Part shown: piece after piece, positions 19,584-32,807 of the stretch
Layout: the number at the start of each line of letters is the position of its first letter
Position numbering within the stretch: position 1 is the stretch's first letter
DNA from: Escherichia phage vB_EcoM_JNE01
Direction: 5' to 3' (one strand)
Sequence record: OR670491
DNA: 64,000 bases
Made by a program: the position numbers and the translations under genes
The notes under the pieces: generated by a model
Told to the model about the DNA's origin: nothing
The model's input: the letters and a program-made list of their open reading frames with translations, nothing else
Database searches by the model: none

Positions 19584-19970
19584 ATGAACAAAGAAGAGAT
19601 CACGAACCTTATTAAATCAATATATGAAGAGGTCCAGGACGCAAAGAATATTTGTCAACACAGAACAGGTTACTCAACCGTAGGTGAAGTAGAAACTTTG
19701 AAGCTTGCGTTATGGACACCTGACCATCTTAACTACGTGGATTGTATAATCCATCGACAAGACACAGGTGGTTATTACTTTATATCCAATTATAACGCAG
19801 ACAAACAATCTCATTTTTATGTGGAGTTTTATCCACATGCGTTTCATCTAGTACAATCCGAAGAGGATGAATTTCAAAAACTCACCACTATAGGAACTGA
19901 TGAGAAATGCATTCCCTTTGAACTCTATGAAAAGATGCAGTACATTACTAGTGTTATGATGGCATATTGA
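19584..19970 (+). CDS. hypothetical protein (weak EE-x-FQ motif)
   Basis: 128 aa; SEEDEFQKLTTIG. Confidence 0.5.
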   Translation: MNKEEITNLIKSIYEEVQDAKNICQHRTGYSTVGEVETLKLALWTPDHLNYVDCIIHRQDTGGYYFISNYNADKQSHFYVEFYPHAFHLVQSEEDEFQKLTTIGTDEKCIPFELYEKMQYITSVMMAY

Positions 19971-20020
19971 CTAGTACTGAAAACTGTGCTATTCTTGTGT
20001 TTTAAATAGGAGATATTTTT

Positions 20021-20524
20021 ATGCTCATTACACATGTACCTGAAAGCATTACTGAAATTCTAAACAAAGTTAATGTTAATGAATTTGAACGAACTGTAAG
20101 AAAACATGATACTTACCACTATAAGCACAAAGATGGCGAACACCAAATAAACATAGATCTTAGTTATCAAACACTAACAATTAAAATGGTAACACGTTGG
20201 AACTTTGTTCGCAAAGACAGTATTATGCTTAATTTGGATAAAGGTATTATTAGAAAATTCTTCTCTGAATCAAATGGTATCTATCCAAACAATAATAGAA
20301 TTTTAACATATCAGTACTTAACTGATGAAGCTGTACATTTCCAGGAGAGCTTAATTTGTGATAACAAGTACTTTCCTAGTATGTCTGATGTTTTGAAATT
20401 AAAAGAACTATATGACTATTACTATAATGATACTAACCTTTGGGATGAAGAAATGGAAAAACGTCAAAGGGAACGTAACAAAAATAAAGTCTGGACTGGT
20501 TCACATTGGATGACACGAAAATGA
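20021..20524 (+). CDS. EE-x-FFQxS-motif family protein (divergent)
   Basis: 167 aa; DEAVHFQESLICDN. Confidence 0.5.
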   Translation: MLITHVPESITEILNKVNVNEFERTVRKHDTYHYKHKDGEHQINIDLSYQTLTIKMVTRWNFVRKDSIMLNLDKGIIRKFFSESNGIYPNNNRILTYQYLTDEAVHFQESLICDNKYFPSMSDVLKLKELYDYYYNDTNLWDEEMEKRQRERNKNKVWTGSHWMTRK

Positions 20525-20934
20525 ATCAATGCTACGAAATTAATGTAACAAAACCTGAAACAAGCACTTTGGAAGCGTTGGAAGACACATTAACAGTACT
20601 ACAATCTCCTGACAAAGAAACATCATTAGTAACCATTGAATACAAGGATTGTACGGTTGATGCTGGGAAACATCCAGAGTGGAAAGCACACCAATATTAC
20701 TCAATATACATTCGCTATGAAAATTTCATAACTGATATGGCCTACGCAGAGGACTATCTGTTACTGGAGAATCATTTTGTATTCAAACAAAAAGAATACA
20801 TGTATTGTACTCCTGAATATCTCGAAGAAGAAGAATTTCAGTATTCTTTGGTGCAGGATGAAGTTGAGTACAACAAAGTATTAGTACTGTCAAAAATACA
20901 TAAAATACTAAAGGATAAATATGTCACACAGTGA
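20506..20934 (+). CDS. EE-x-FFQxS-motif family protein
   Basis: 142 aa; EEEEFQYSLVQDE. Confidence 0.55.
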   Translation: MDDTKMNQCYEINVTKPETSTLEALEDTLTVLQSPDKETSLVTIEYKDCTVDAGKHPEWKAHQYYSIYIRYENFITDMAYAEDYLLLENHFVFKQKEYMYCTPEYLEEEEFQYSLVQDEVEYNKVLVLSKIHKILKDKYVTQ

Positions 20935-21091
20935 ATGGATGTACTTTATGAAACAAAAATATGCACCGCCTTTAAACGAAAGTATTAGCTACATTCACTG
21001 GAATGTAATCAAAAACCCTTCGTTATATAAACGATATTTCGTAGAACCAAATACTGGTTGGTTTTTAATGGAACTTATTTTTAGGGATTAA
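20921..21091 (+). CDS. MTHEEW-family micro-protein (56 aa)
   Basis: MSHSEWMYF...; below track size cutoff. Confidence 0.4.
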   Translation: MSHSEWMYFMKQKYAPPLNESISYIHWNVIKNPSLYKRYFVEPNTGWFLMELIFRD

Positions 21092-21093
21092 TC

Positions 21094-21255
21094 ATGACAC
21101 ATGAAATTTGGTTAAACTTAATGGCACACGATTTAAAACGAAGTATTAAACACTGGGATCTATATCTGATGATGACTATCAATTCACCTGTGTACTATAA
21201 ATCTGTACTAGATGCTTCGGCCCTTACTTTCATTGCAATTTCTATGAGTAGATAA
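21094..21255 (+). CDS. MTHEEW-family micro-protein (53 aa)
   Basis: MTHEIWLNL... Confidence 0.4.
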   Translation: MTHEIWLNLMAHDLKRSIKHWDLYLMMTINSPVYYKSVLDASALTFIAISMSR

Positions 21256-21256
21256 T

Positions 21257-21421
21257 ATGTCATACGATGAATGGTTTGGTATGTGTCTCAAGAGATATTA
21301 CGGAGACATATACTATTTTGAGAATTTCATTTATAATTGTTTACGAAATAAAGATGAATACTATTCTAATATAGTTGTAAATGACGATTTCAGTACTTAC
21401 ATAGGTATATGTTTATCATGA
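21257..21421 (+). CDS. MTHEEW-family micro-protein (54 aa)
   Basis: MSYDEWFGM... Confidence 0.4.
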   Translation: MSYDEWFGMCLKRYYGDIYYFENFIYNCLRNKDEYYSNIVVNDDFSTYIGICLS

Positions 21422-21429
21422 GGTAACTA

Positions 21430-21615
21430 ATGACATATCAAGACTGGATTGAACGAATGGACAGAATCTTTGCCAATGACGTTTTTTATTTCAGAACAGG
21501 GGGTCTGGATAAAAGCATCAAAGACGATACTCTGTTTACCAGATGTATCATTGACTATCTGGATTGTTATGGTACAATGTATGGTATTGCCCGTACTACG
21601 GATAAAGATGAATGA
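21430..21615 (+). CDS. MTHEEW-family micro-protein (61 aa)
   Basis: MTYQDWIERM...; in ORF track. Confidence 0.45.
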   Translation: MTYQDWIERMDRIFANDVFYFRTGGLDKSIKDDTLFTRCIIDYLDCYGTMYGIARTTDKDE

Positions 21616-21785
21616 CACATAAAGAATGGTTGGTACAAACTAAACACTCGGTTATACCAGGTATGAAATTTTGGAATGAACAGTTGATGCACTTCGTAAG
21701 TAATAAAGTGTATTACGATGCATTCTTTGGAAAACATGCTACAATTGAGGTTCATGTGTATTATGCTATTGCATTTAGTGATTAA
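21612..21785 (+). CDS. MTHEEW-family micro-protein (57 aa)
   Basis: MTHKEWLVQ...; ATGA overlap with previous. Confidence 0.4.
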   Translation: MTHKEWLVQTKHSVIPGMKFWNEQLMHFVSNKVYYDAFFGKHATIEVHVYYAIAFSD

Positions 21786-21788
21786 TTT

Positions 21789-21953
21789 ATGAAATATGAC
21801 CATTTAAAATACTATGCTGATAGAATAAATTATTATCCCTTTTATATAAGAAGCTTAGATGCATTAATATCAAAAAAAGTTGTATATAAACGATCTCAAG
21901 CTGATCTAACCAATATAGCATTCATTCTTGCAGTACTGTCTAAAATGGGATAA
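21789..21953 (+). CDS. small hypothetical protein (54 aa), same array
   Basis: MKYDHLKYY... Confidence 0.3.
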   Translation: MKYDHLKYYADRINYYPFYIRSLDALISKKVVYKRSQADLTNIAFILAVLSKMG

Positions 21954-21978
21954 TGTTAAATTAGGATGAATACAAAAT

Positions 21979-22170
21979 ATGACACATGAACAATGGATGA
22001 AACAATTCAGTGAGGATTATAAAGCTGCCATATCCTTTTATGGAAAAAGATTCAACTATCTTTTTTGTAGTGAATATCATTATAGAAATATAGTTCTTTA
22101 TGAACAAACAGAAGGTGAAAAAGCTGCCGACCATTGGGTTGTAATGTACATCCTTGCTATGTCAAAATAA
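21979..22170 (+). CDS. MTHEEW-family micro-protein (63 aa)
   Basis: MTHEQWMKQF...; in ORF track. Confidence 0.45.
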   Translation: MTHEQWMKQFSEDYKAAISFYGKRFNYLFCSEYHYRNIVLYEQTEGEKAADHWVVMYILAMSK

Positions 22171-22195
22171 CACAAAAAATATTTTAATAAATATA

Positions 22196-22223
22196 TAGAC
22201 AATAGCGTTATATGAGATATAAT
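22196..22223 (+). promoter_or_regulatory. sigma70-type promoter upstream of tRNA-Leu
   Basis: TAGACA, 16-nt spacer, TATAAT (22218-22223). Confidence 0.5.
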
Positions 22224-22281
22224 GTTTGTCGTGAAGGAGAAAAGCATGATCGATGAATTCGACGGCTTTTAAATAATACAT

Positions 22282-22849
<568 letters not shown>

Positions 22850-22881
22850 TACTGATAAATATTAATGAAAGGTATAGAGAA

Positions 22882-23079
22882 ATGACTAAATCCGAACTTC
22901 TGGCTTTATTAGAAAATTATCCAGATGATGCATGTATTGAAGTAGTTCACACTGCACAACATTTTGACATTGAAGATGTTGTACGATACAATGACAAAGG
23001 TGTGATGATTATGGAACTATGTATCGGTGCTTTGAAAACTGTGCCAGAATCAACTAAACGAAAATCCCAAAAGGAATAA
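22882..23079 (+). CDS. hypothetical protein
   Basis: 65-aa ORF. Confidence 0.45.
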   Translation: MTKSELLALLENYPDDACIEVVHTAQHFDIEDVVRYNDKGVMIMELCIGALKTVPESTKRKSQKE

Positions 23080-23085
23080 AATATT

Positions 23086-23319
23086 ATGGAAACTAATACA
23101 ATTTTAGATGTAGTAAACAGTGTTAATACTGGTGACTTTGTTCACATTCTTTTATCCAACATCCGCGTTAAGGGTATTGTTGAAAGTGTTGATTCTGAAG
23201 TTCTAACTATTGTTGAAGTTGATCCATACGACAATAATAAATCAGTTCGTCTGTGCATTGATGTTTCCAAAATTGTAGCACTCGGTACAGAAATTATTAC
23301 TGAAGAAACTAATCTATAA
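23086..23319 (+). CDS. hypothetical protein
   Basis: 77-aa ORF. Confidence 0.45.
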   Translation: METNTILDVVNSVNTGDFVHILLSNIRVKGIVESVDSEVLTIVEVDPYDNNKSVRLCIDVSKIVALGTEIITEETNL

Positions 23320-23330
23320 AACGACAATAA

Positions 23331-23407
<77 letters not shown>

Positions 23408-23460
23408 CTTAAGAGGATTTAATATGTTTAAAGATGAACGTCCAGATTTGTAAATAATCA

Positions 23461-23489
23461 TTGACTAAATAATCCAGTACTGATAAAAT
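23461..23489 (+). promoter_or_regulatory. promoter with CAGTACTG spacer motif, upstream of tRNA-Ser
   Basis: TTGACT, 17-nt spacer containing CAGTACTG, TAAAAT. Confidence 0.5.
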
Positions 23490-23495
23490 AAATTT

Positions 23496-23582
<87 letters not shown>

Positions 23583-23589
23583 TCAATAT

Positions 23590-23671
<82 letters not shown>

Positions 23672-23692
23672 ATTTTAATTTAAGGTGTATCC

Positions 23693-23857
23693 ATGACGCA
23701 TGAAGAATGGATGAATGATATTAATTTTAGATATTCGGGTATCGGTAGTTGGCGAAAATATCATTGGGAAATTATATCAGACCCAGCAGAATACGATAAA
23801 CTTATAAACCATGAAGTATATCCGTGGTTCTTTATTGAAATAATGGTACGAATATGA
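23693..23857 (+). CDS. MTHEEW-family micro-protein (54 aa)
   Basis: MTHEEWMNDINFRYSG...; first of three tandem copies. Confidence 0.45.
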   Translation: MTHEEWMNDINFRYSGIGSWRKYHWEIISDPAEYDKLINHEVYPWFFIEIMVRI

Positions 23858-24018
23858 CGCATGAAGAATGGATGAATGACATTAATTTTAGATATTCGGG
23901 TTTCGGTAAATGGCTAAAGTATCATTGGGAATTTATTACTGATCCTCAAATGTACGATAAACTTATAAATGATCAAGCATATGAAATTTACTTATTTGAA
24001 ATACTGGTCAGAACATGA
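23854..24018 (+). CDS. MTHEEW-family micro-protein (54 aa)
   Basis: Near-identical N-terminus to previous; ATGA overlap. Confidence 0.45.
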   Translation: MTHEEWMNDINFRYSGFGKWLKYHWEFITDPQMYDKLINDQAYEIYLFEILVRT

Positions 24019-24179
24019 CGCATGAAGAATGGATGAGAAAACAAAAGCTAACATGGAATCCTTATTGTTACCAGTTAGACCCAAGAATGTGGGATGTGAT
24101 ACGTATTAAATGTATGTACAAATCATTTCTTGGTGATATAATGGATGTTGAAGTACTGATGAATTTAGTACATCGATAA
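24015..24179 (+). CDS. MTHEEW-family micro-protein (54 aa)
   Basis: MTHEEWMRKQKL...; ATGA overlap. Confidence 0.45.
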   Translation: MTHEEWMRKQKLTWNPYCYQLDPRMWDVIRIKCMYKSFLGDIMDVEVLMNLVHR

Positions 24180-24209
24180 TAAAAATCTTATTTAAATGGG
24201 ATTGATATC

Positions 24210-24571
<362 letters not shown>

Positions 24572-24575
<4 letters not shown>

Positions 24576-24600
24576 CTAAATAGTTCAGTACTGATAAAAT
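24572..24600 (+). promoter_or_regulatory. promoter with CAGTACTG spacer motif
   Basis: TTGACT-AAATAGTTCAGTACTGA-TAAAAT. Confidence 0.5.
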
Positions 24601-24757
24601 GGTAAGGCGTGGAAATATGTTTACAGTAGTTACATAGTAGCCTGTACGCCCCACGTCAAGGTAGCCGAAAGGCAAGTTAAAAAGGGTGGTTATAAAGCTG
24701 AATTAACAGCGGCGTTTAAAAGCGTCACCATCCATTTTTTTAATTAAAGTTGGTGAT

Positions 24758-25259
<502 letters not shown>

Positions 25260-25264
25260 AAATC

Positions 25265-25354
25265 GGTCCCGTTGCCTAGCGTCCGAAGGCAGCCGACTCA
25301 TAATCGGTCACAGTTAATGACACGCCACTGGTTAGAATCCAGTCGGGACCACCA
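25265..25354 (+). tRNA. type II (long variable arm) tRNA with CAT anticodon; identity unclear
   Basis: Acceptor GGTCCCG/CGGGACC; anticodon arm GCCGA-CTCATAA-TCGGT; 18-nt variable region; atypical T-loop TTAGAAT; CCA encoded. Confidence 0.55.
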
Positions 25355-25358
25355 ATTA

Positions 25359-25431
25359 GACTCTGTAGTTCAGTTGGTAGAACGCTTCACTCATAATGAA
25401 GAAGTCGCTGGTTCAATCCCAGTACTGACCA
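25359..25431 (+). tRNA. tRNA-Met(CAT)-like; 3' acceptor strand not complementary (possible pseudogene)
   Basis: Canonical D-arm and anticodon arm CTTCA-CTCATAA-TGAAG, T-loop TTCAATC, but 5' GACTCTG does not pair with 3' ACTGACC; 3' end abuts the low-GC minus-strand gene. Confidence 0.45.
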
Positions 25432-25439
25432 CAAAAAAA

Positions 25440-27137
<1,698 letters not shown>

Positions 27138-27207
27138 AATATTCTCCTGAATTTTCTAAAAGTTATAATAATATTTAGTTACAATATTTATGATATAGAT
27201 TAAAAAG

Positions 27208-27236
27208 TTGAAATGTGTTCAAAAATGTGGTATAAT
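27208..27236 (+). promoter_or_regulatory. sigma70-type promoter
   Basis: TTGAAA, 17-nt spacer, TATAAT with upstream TG. Confidence 0.45.
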
Positions 27237-27242
27237 ACCTCT

Positions 27243-27486
<244 letters not shown>

Positions 27487-27514
27487 CTTTTTAATTTAAA
27501 AGTACTTTACTGTA

Positions 27515-28084
27515 GTGTTTAGTATCGTATATTGTAATCAAAAGGATATAATAAAACTCATGGAGAGAGTTGAAGAATGGCGTGATGTTGTTGGTTATGA
27601 AGACCATTTCCAAGTTAGTAACAAAGGTAGAATTTACAGCAAAAGAACAAATAAAATTTTAGTTCAAGGTACTAATAAAAAAGGTTATAAAGTATTAAGT
27701 ACTAGAATTGGTGGAAGAACTGGAGTATGTAAGTGTTTTAGGGTTCATATTTTAGTGGCTCAAGCATTTATATCAAATCCACATAATAAGCCCATTGTAA
27801 ACCATAAAGATGGCAATAAACAAAACAACGAAGACTGGAATTTAGAATGGTCTACATATAGTGAGAATACTAATCATGCTTATAAAAATGGTTTAACAAT
27901 ACCATTAAAAGGAACTGAACAAGTTCAATCCAAATTAACCGAAGATGATGTTAGATACATACGTTCAGTGTATAAACCATATGATAAAACATATGGTGCA
28001 TCTATGTTAGCAAAACAATTTGGTGTACATCATAGTTTAATATCGGATATAGCATCACATAAATCATGGAAGCATGTTAAGTAA
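27515..28084 (+). CDS. HNH homing endonuclease
   Basis: N-terminal motif EEWRDVVGYEDHFQVSNKGRIYS; HNH motif HILVAQAF...NHKDGNKQNN; low GC. Confidence 0.8.
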   Translation: MFSIVYCNQKDIIKLMERVEEWRDVVGYEDHFQVSNKGRIYSKRTNKILVQGTNKKGYKVLSTRIGGRTGVCKCFRVHILVAQAFISNPHNKPIVNHKDGNKQNNEDWNLEWSTYSENTNHAYKNGLTIPLKGTEQVQSKLTEDDVRYIRSVYKPYDKTYGASMLAKQFGVHHSLISDIASHKSWKHVK

Positions 28085-28103
28085 TAAAAAAACAGTACTG
28101 AAC

Positions 28104-28135
<32 letters not shown>

Positions 28136-28146
28136 CAAACATATTC

Positions 28147-28222
28147 GGCCCTGTATACAATCCAGGAATGTACTCTGCTCATAACAGATGTAAGGTCGGG
28201 GCAGCACCGACCAGGGCCACCA
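28147..28222 (+). tRNA. tRNA-like gene with CAT anticodon and non-canonical T-loop
   Basis: Acceptor GGCCCTG/CAGGGCC + A + CCA; anticodon hairpin TCTG-CTCATAA-CAGA; T-arm GTCGG-GGCAGCA-CCGAC (not TTCRANY). Confidence 0.4.
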
Positions 28223-28382
28223 ATTTTGGACACATTAATCTTCGATGGTAATGCTGGTTAATATCTTACGGCTGTAAAATGCAATACATTACATATTGCT
28301 TCAGGTACAGAGATATAAAGATTAATTAATAAGGTATCCTTATTTTGTCCAATCCTTAATAACTAGAAATGGTGGGAAAGAA

Positions 28383-28829
28383 ATGAAAGGTGTTTCAATT
28401 TTTTACGATTACCATGAACAAGGTTTACCACATCAGATTGCTGGAATCTATTCTACGTCTGATAAAACCGAAGAAGAGATGCGTACTGAATTATTGTCGC
28501 TAATTGGTGAGAGAAGTTTCCATGAACGTGATCAACCAATTTTCATTAACCACACACATTTGTATGCAAAAAGTTTGCTAGGTGAAGAACTTGATAAAAA
28601 GGTGGAATACACTTTGAAACAGTTCTTCCCAATCGCACTTGATGTAGTTGGTTTCAAATCATCGGATTTCAAGTTCATGTACTATGATGTTGAAGCATAT
28701 GAGTTCGCTTGGAACAATCGTTATCATAAACAATTACACCAATATCGTTTAGAACTTCAACATGAAGCGGCTGAAGCATATAAAGCAAAACGAGCAGCAC
28801 AGAAGCTTGAAGGTAACGTACAGAAATGA
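28383..28829 (+). CDS. hypothetical protein
   Basis: 148-aa ORF. Confidence 0.5.
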   Translation: MKGVSIFYDYHEQGLPHQIAGIYSTSDKTEEEMRTELLSLIGERSFHERDQPIFINHTHLYAKSLLGEELDKKVEYTLKQFFPIALDVVGFKSSDFKFMYYDVEAYEFAWNNRYHKQLHQYRLELQHEAAEAYKAKRAAQKLEGNVQK

Positions 28830-29128
28830 TAGAATCTATCTTATGTGTACTGTTGCCAATTTTAGTAGTTGCTTTGATATGTCTTTATTATGGTTACAGT
28901 ACTGTAATTGATAAAAAGCAAGTTTACGTCATTACATTCAGTACTACACATATTGAGTTTGGTAATGTACATACCGGTATCACTTATATTGCATATCGTT
29001 GTAAGTACTTCCATAAGTTCAAATCTTATGATATGATCTATTACTGTGATGAATCCAACGTGAACCGTTATATTGACATAAACGATGAATCAAAAAAATC
29101 GTTTTACAGTTTTAAAGAATTAAAATAA
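28826..29128 (+). CDS. hypothetical membrane protein
   Basis: 100 aa; hydrophobic N-terminus. Confidence 0.5.
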   Translation: MIESILCVLLPILVVALICLYYGYSTVIDKKQVYVITFSTTHIEFGNVHTGITYIAYRCKYFHKFKSYDMIYYCDESNVNRYIDINDESKKSFYSFKELK

Positions 29129-29208
29129 ATGTAGACGGATGTATTCAGTACTGAATCACCAGGGGAGGTTGTAATTCCCGATTCAGTAGCTTTTTAAGCG
29201 GTTTCGTG

Positions 29209-29255
<47 letters not shown>

Positions 29256-29256
29256 G

Positions 29257-29309
<53 letters not shown>

Positions 29310-29327
29310 CGAGGTACTCCGGTATGC

Positions 29328-29360
<33 letters not shown>

Positions 29361-29468
29361 AATATTGTTGCAACAGTATTCAGTACTACTTTTTAATTGA
29401 CACAACTTTGAATGAGGTGTATTATGTTCCAAGAAGAAAACTGGGGTTTTTAACATAAAGGGGAATGT

Positions 29469-29576
29469 ATGAAAGTGAGTAAAGAAACGGCTAAACAGCT
29501 TGAAGAACTTTGTTCAGCACAACCTATGCCTACACTTGCTTTAATCAAGTTAATGCGTCGAAATAAGCAAAAATAA
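29469..29576 (+). CDS. small hypothetical protein (35 aa)
   Basis: ATG after AAAGGGGAA RBS; below track size cutoff. Confidence 0.25.
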   Translation: MKVSKETAKQLEELCSAQPMPTLALIKLMRRNKQK

Positions 29577-29659
29577 AAATGATAAATAATACAGTAAGAT
29601 GACCTCCCCTCAATACGAAAGAGTATGGAGACTTGTTGGTTATCTTACTTCTTAAATTA

Positions 29660-29732
29660 GCCTTCTTAACTCAGTTGGTAGAGTAATCGCCTTGTAAGCG
29701 ATAAGTCATCCGTTCAAGTCGGATAGAGGGCA
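29660..29732 (+). tRNA. tRNA-Thr (anticodon TGT)
   Basis: Acceptor GCCTTCT/AGAGGGC; D-arm ACTC-AGTTGGTAG-AGT; anticodon arm ATCGC-CTTGTAA-GCGAT; T-arm ATCCG-TTCAAGT-CGGAT. Confidence 0.8.
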
Positions 29733-29734
29733 CA

Positions 29735-29816
<82 letters not shown>

Positions 29817-29828
29817 TAAAGGTGAACA

Positions 29829-30260
29829 ATGAAAATGAACATTGTAAAATTTGTTGATTATGTATTACAAAACGAAACATGGTCACTACACGATGTACAA
29901 GTAGAAGACGTTGGTGAAGTGCGTGTTTTTTGCTATGATCCAGAATTGAATGAAATCACTGATTTGAGTAAATGTTTTAATATTTTTATGGCTTATGAAC
30001 TCAATAAGAAGTTTTATTCAATTGATATGTATTTGAACACTGTTACATTTAGAATTTCTGAATATGATAATTTTAATGAAGATTATTATATTGATGAAAG
30101 CATTGAATTTAATGTAGATGATATAGACACTGAAGAAAAATTCTTTCAGTACTCTCTTGTTAATGACACATTGGGCTTGACATTTGATGACGTTAAAGCT
30201 ATACTTAAAGTTCAGAAATTGATTCCTGAAGATGTCCAAAATCCCTTACGTGAAGAATAA
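29829..30260 (+). CDS. EE-x-FFQxS-motif family protein
   Basis: 143 aa; TEEKFFQYSLVNDT. Confidence 0.6.
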   Translation: MKMNIVKFVDYVLQNETWSLHDVQVEDVGEVRVFCYDPELNEITDLSKCFNIFMAYELNKKFYSIDMYLNTVTFRISEYDNFNEDYYIDESIEFNVDDIDTEEKFFQYSLVNDTLGLTFDDVKAILKVQKLIPEDVQNPLREE

Positions 30261-30273
30261 TCTGGAGATATAA

Positions 30274-30468
30274 ATGTTTTTGAATTTACTAACTGTGTTT
30301 GGACGTACCTTACTATTAGCAGTAATTCATACACCTGGTATCACGAAGTTAGTTTCTTATAAGTTCAAAGAAGATTTACATAATGGTACTGAAAAGTATC
30401 TTCGTAAATTGAATAAAGATTTAGGTGTTAAAGAAACAACACCATTCAAGAAGTATAGTGACGATTAA
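30274..30468 (+). CDS. hypothetical protein
   Basis: 64-aa ORF. Confidence 0.4.
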   Translation: MFLNLLTVFGRTLLLAVIHTPGITKLVSYKFKEDLHNGTEKYLRKLNKDLGVKETTPFKKYSDD

Positions 30469-30675
30469 AATATATTACCGAATAATTCAGTACTGGATAT
30501 GCTGTACTGATAGCTTCTAGCCAGTACTGGATTCCTCCTTTTTCACTAGAAGCTGTCACTTATTCATACGTTTGTTACCCTCATAGCACTCGTTGTTTCA
30601 AAAGGTATCTTATTACCCCCCTCTCGTAAGATACTTGAATTTAGTAGTTGACTTTTCAACTTCTTATATGTTATA

Positions 30676-30712
30676 CTTAGGCTGAATCAAATGATTCGGC
30701 CTTTTTCTTTTT
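30676..30712 (+). terminator. rho-independent terminator
   Basis: Hairpin GGCTGAATC-AAA-TGATTCGGCC followed by TTTTTCTTTTTT; lies just upstream of the RBS for the next gene. Confidence 0.5.
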
Positions 30713-30726
30713 TAGGAGTGCTTTTA

Positions 30727-31149
30727 ATGAATTTCAGTACTACAAAAGAAGCGATAGCACATGCAACAGTTTCTATGTGTAAAGCCATTGCAGATGGAAA
30801 TTTTAACAAGGATATATACTACCAATTAAACGAACAACAAGTTGATATTAATTGTTATAATGAAAACGGTATGTGTACTTCATACGATAAAGCCAGTAAT
30901 ATCTTCTTTATGATCCGAGAGTTACCAAATGAACAATTATGTAAGTTCTATGCTGAAATTGATATGTATAAGAACTATATTAATTTCCAATTCTTGGATA
31001 TAGATCTATTTCGATTGGATATCACTTCTGATATGTTAAACCTAACAGAAGAAATGTTTTTCCAAATGAGCTTAGTTTACGATTTTAAGTACTTCGAATA
31101 TGAAACATTACGTAAGATATTTCAAGTAGCGGGGACTCTACATGAATAA
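30727..31149 (+). CDS. EE-x-FFQxS-motif family protein
   Basis: Track ORF trimmed to the ATG after a TAGGAG RBS; motif TEEMFFQMSLVYDF. Confidence 0.55.
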   Translation: MNFSTTKEAIAHATVSMCKAIADGNFNKDIYYQLNEQQVDINCYNENGMCTSYDKASNIFFMIRELPNEQLCKFYAEIDMYKNYINFQFLDIDLFRLDITSDMLNLTEEMFFQMSLVYDFKYFEYETLRKIFQVAGTLHE

Positions 31150-31561
31150 TAAGATTCTCAAGAAAATTTTAGATAGGACTGATATCTTCATTAAAGGTAG
31201 TGATGAAAATTACAACGTTCTGCATGATGGTGATATCGATACGCACATCTCATCTTATCTAAACAACTACCGTTGTAGTGTAAGTTATTGTAATAATATA
31301 GTTTTCGTAACAACATCTGAAACATTAGGATCGATTGGTTGGATTGACATTTTGGAGGATGGATTCACTTATGAAAATGAAGTCCTGGATTATACACTTG
31401 AATTCTACGACATTCAGGACTATAATTTAACAGAAGATGTGTACTTCCAGTTGAGTACTATCTATGATTTTGATATCATCGAATTTGAAGATTTGAAGAG
31501 AATCTTTAAGATTTGTGATTTTTTAAAAGGGAACCGAAATGAATCGACAATCGTTGCCTAA
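31142..31561 (+). CDS. EE-x-FFQxS-motif family protein
   Basis: 139 aa; TEDVYFQLSTIYDF. Confidence 0.6.
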   Translation: MNNKILKKILDRTDIFIKGSDENYNVLHDGDIDTHISSYLNNYRCSVSYCNNIVFVTTSETLGSIGWIDILEDGFTYENEVLDYTLEFYDIQDYNLTEDVYFQLSTIYDFDIIEFEDLKRIFKICDFLKGNRNESTIVA

Positions 31562-31982
31562 AGAGCATGAGGACAACATCCTAAAGCGTTTGGATGAGAT
31601 CACCAACACCCCATTAAGTGTTCTGGAAGCGAACTACGATGCCAAATTCAAGCAGTTCTTGTTCAACAATAGTGAATGGTGGTACAGTACTCCAGAATTG
31701 GTTTGTGCTGTTAATGTGGGCGTAGGTGAGTATGAGTATGCTATTCACTATAACCAGAAGAACATAAGCATCATTGTTGATGAAATTGCAGAGTCTGATA
31801 AATGGCGTGATGATAACAGTATCTTAAGTATGGCTTTGAATTACAAAAATGATTCTGAATACTTTCAAGATAGTACTATCAAAGAGATTGAAGTATCTTA
31901 TAATGTAATAGAAAAGATGCGTGAATTTTGTTTGTACATACTAAAAGTGACAGAGGATCTCCAATGCAAGCATCCGAGATGA
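31539..31982 (+). CDS. EE-x-FFQxS-motif family protein (divergent)
   Basis: 147 aa; DSEYFQDSTIKEI. Confidence 0.55.
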   Translation: MNRQSLPKEHEDNILKRLDEITNTPLSVLEANYDAKFKQFLFNNSEWWYSTPELVCAVNVGVGEYEYAIHYNQKNISIIVDEIAESDKWRDDNSILSMALNYKNDSEYFQDSTIKEIEVSYNVIEKMREFCLYILKVTEDLQCKHPR

Positions 31983-32398
31983 GAAAACTGATTGAGAAAG
32001 AACATGGTAGTGTTGAGAATTTGGCTACAAAGATCATTGAAAGCCTTAAATTTGATGAATACCATAAGAGACTTGCACACAATGTTATTGGTGTTTCAAA
32101 AAGAGCCACCATTCTATATTTTCCTCGTTTACAAGAATATAACTTAGAATCAAACACAGATGGAACATTCTTTCAGGTGTACCGAAAAGAAGGTGAAGAC
32201 CGTGTAAGAATGTCATTACAACTTCCCGCCTCTTACACATACAGAGTTAATGATATTGAAGAGTCATGCAAGACTGAAGAAGAATTCTTTCAGGTTAGTT
32301 TGTTTCATGACTTGATCTTTTCTTATGAGTTCTTTAAAGAAGTCGAGTACTTGTTTAACTTGGCTGCCGAAAAACTGAAAAAAGATATGGAAAATTGA
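31964..32398 (+). CDS. EE-x-FFQxS-motif family protein
   Basis: Track ORF trimmed to the ATG after a GAGGA RBS; TEEEFFQVSLFHDL. Confidence 0.55.
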   Translation: MQASEMRKLIEKEHGSVENLATKIIESLKFDEYHKRLAHNVIGVSKRATILYFPRLQEYNLESNTDGTFFQVYRKEGEDRVRMSLQLPASYTYRVNDIEESCKTEEEFFQVSLFHDLIFSYEFFKEVEYLFNLAAEKLKKDMEN

Positions 32399-32399
32399 G

Positions 32400-32807
32400 A
32401 TGTTTTGTCTAACTGATGATATAATTAAAGAAGTTGTAGATATACTGAATAACCCTGGTACATTCACTAAATCCACTGAGTTGATTACTGAATTTCGTGA
32501 TGGGTGCTCTTATTACACAAACAATAACAGTACATGCGTGAGTCTTAACCTATCGGATGGGACTGGGGCGTTAATGCACCGTTACAGTACTCCGTTAGAT
32601 GGTGTACAATTTTCTTTTTCATTGATTGATAAAGAGTACAGTCTATTCTGTGATGATTATGAGAGTCTCAATGACCTGTATCTTGATTCTAAAATGTACT
32701 TCTCCGAAGAAGAACACTTCATGGATAGTACAGTTGAAAATCTAACAATTCCTTACACTATTATGGAAGAATTCAATACATTTTGCAGGAACTACGCAAA
32801 TGCATGA
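32400..32807 (+). CDS. EE-x-FFQxS-motif family protein (variant HFMDS)
   Basis: 135 aa; SEEEHFMDSTVENL. Confidence 0.55.
   Translation: MFCLTDDIIKEVVDILNNPGTFTKSTELITEFRDGCSYYTNNNSTCVSLNLSDGTGALMHRYSTPLDGVQFSFSLIDKEYSLFCDDYESLNDLYLDSKMYFSEEEHFMDSTVENLTIPYTIMEEFNTFCRNYANA

Noticed and set aside
24590-24745. Possible tRNA or sRNA in the intergenic region between ORF 24210 and ORF 24758
   Set aside because: Some long-range complementarity (GGCGTGG...CCACGTC) but no T-loop or anticodon arm; not enough to call a feature.
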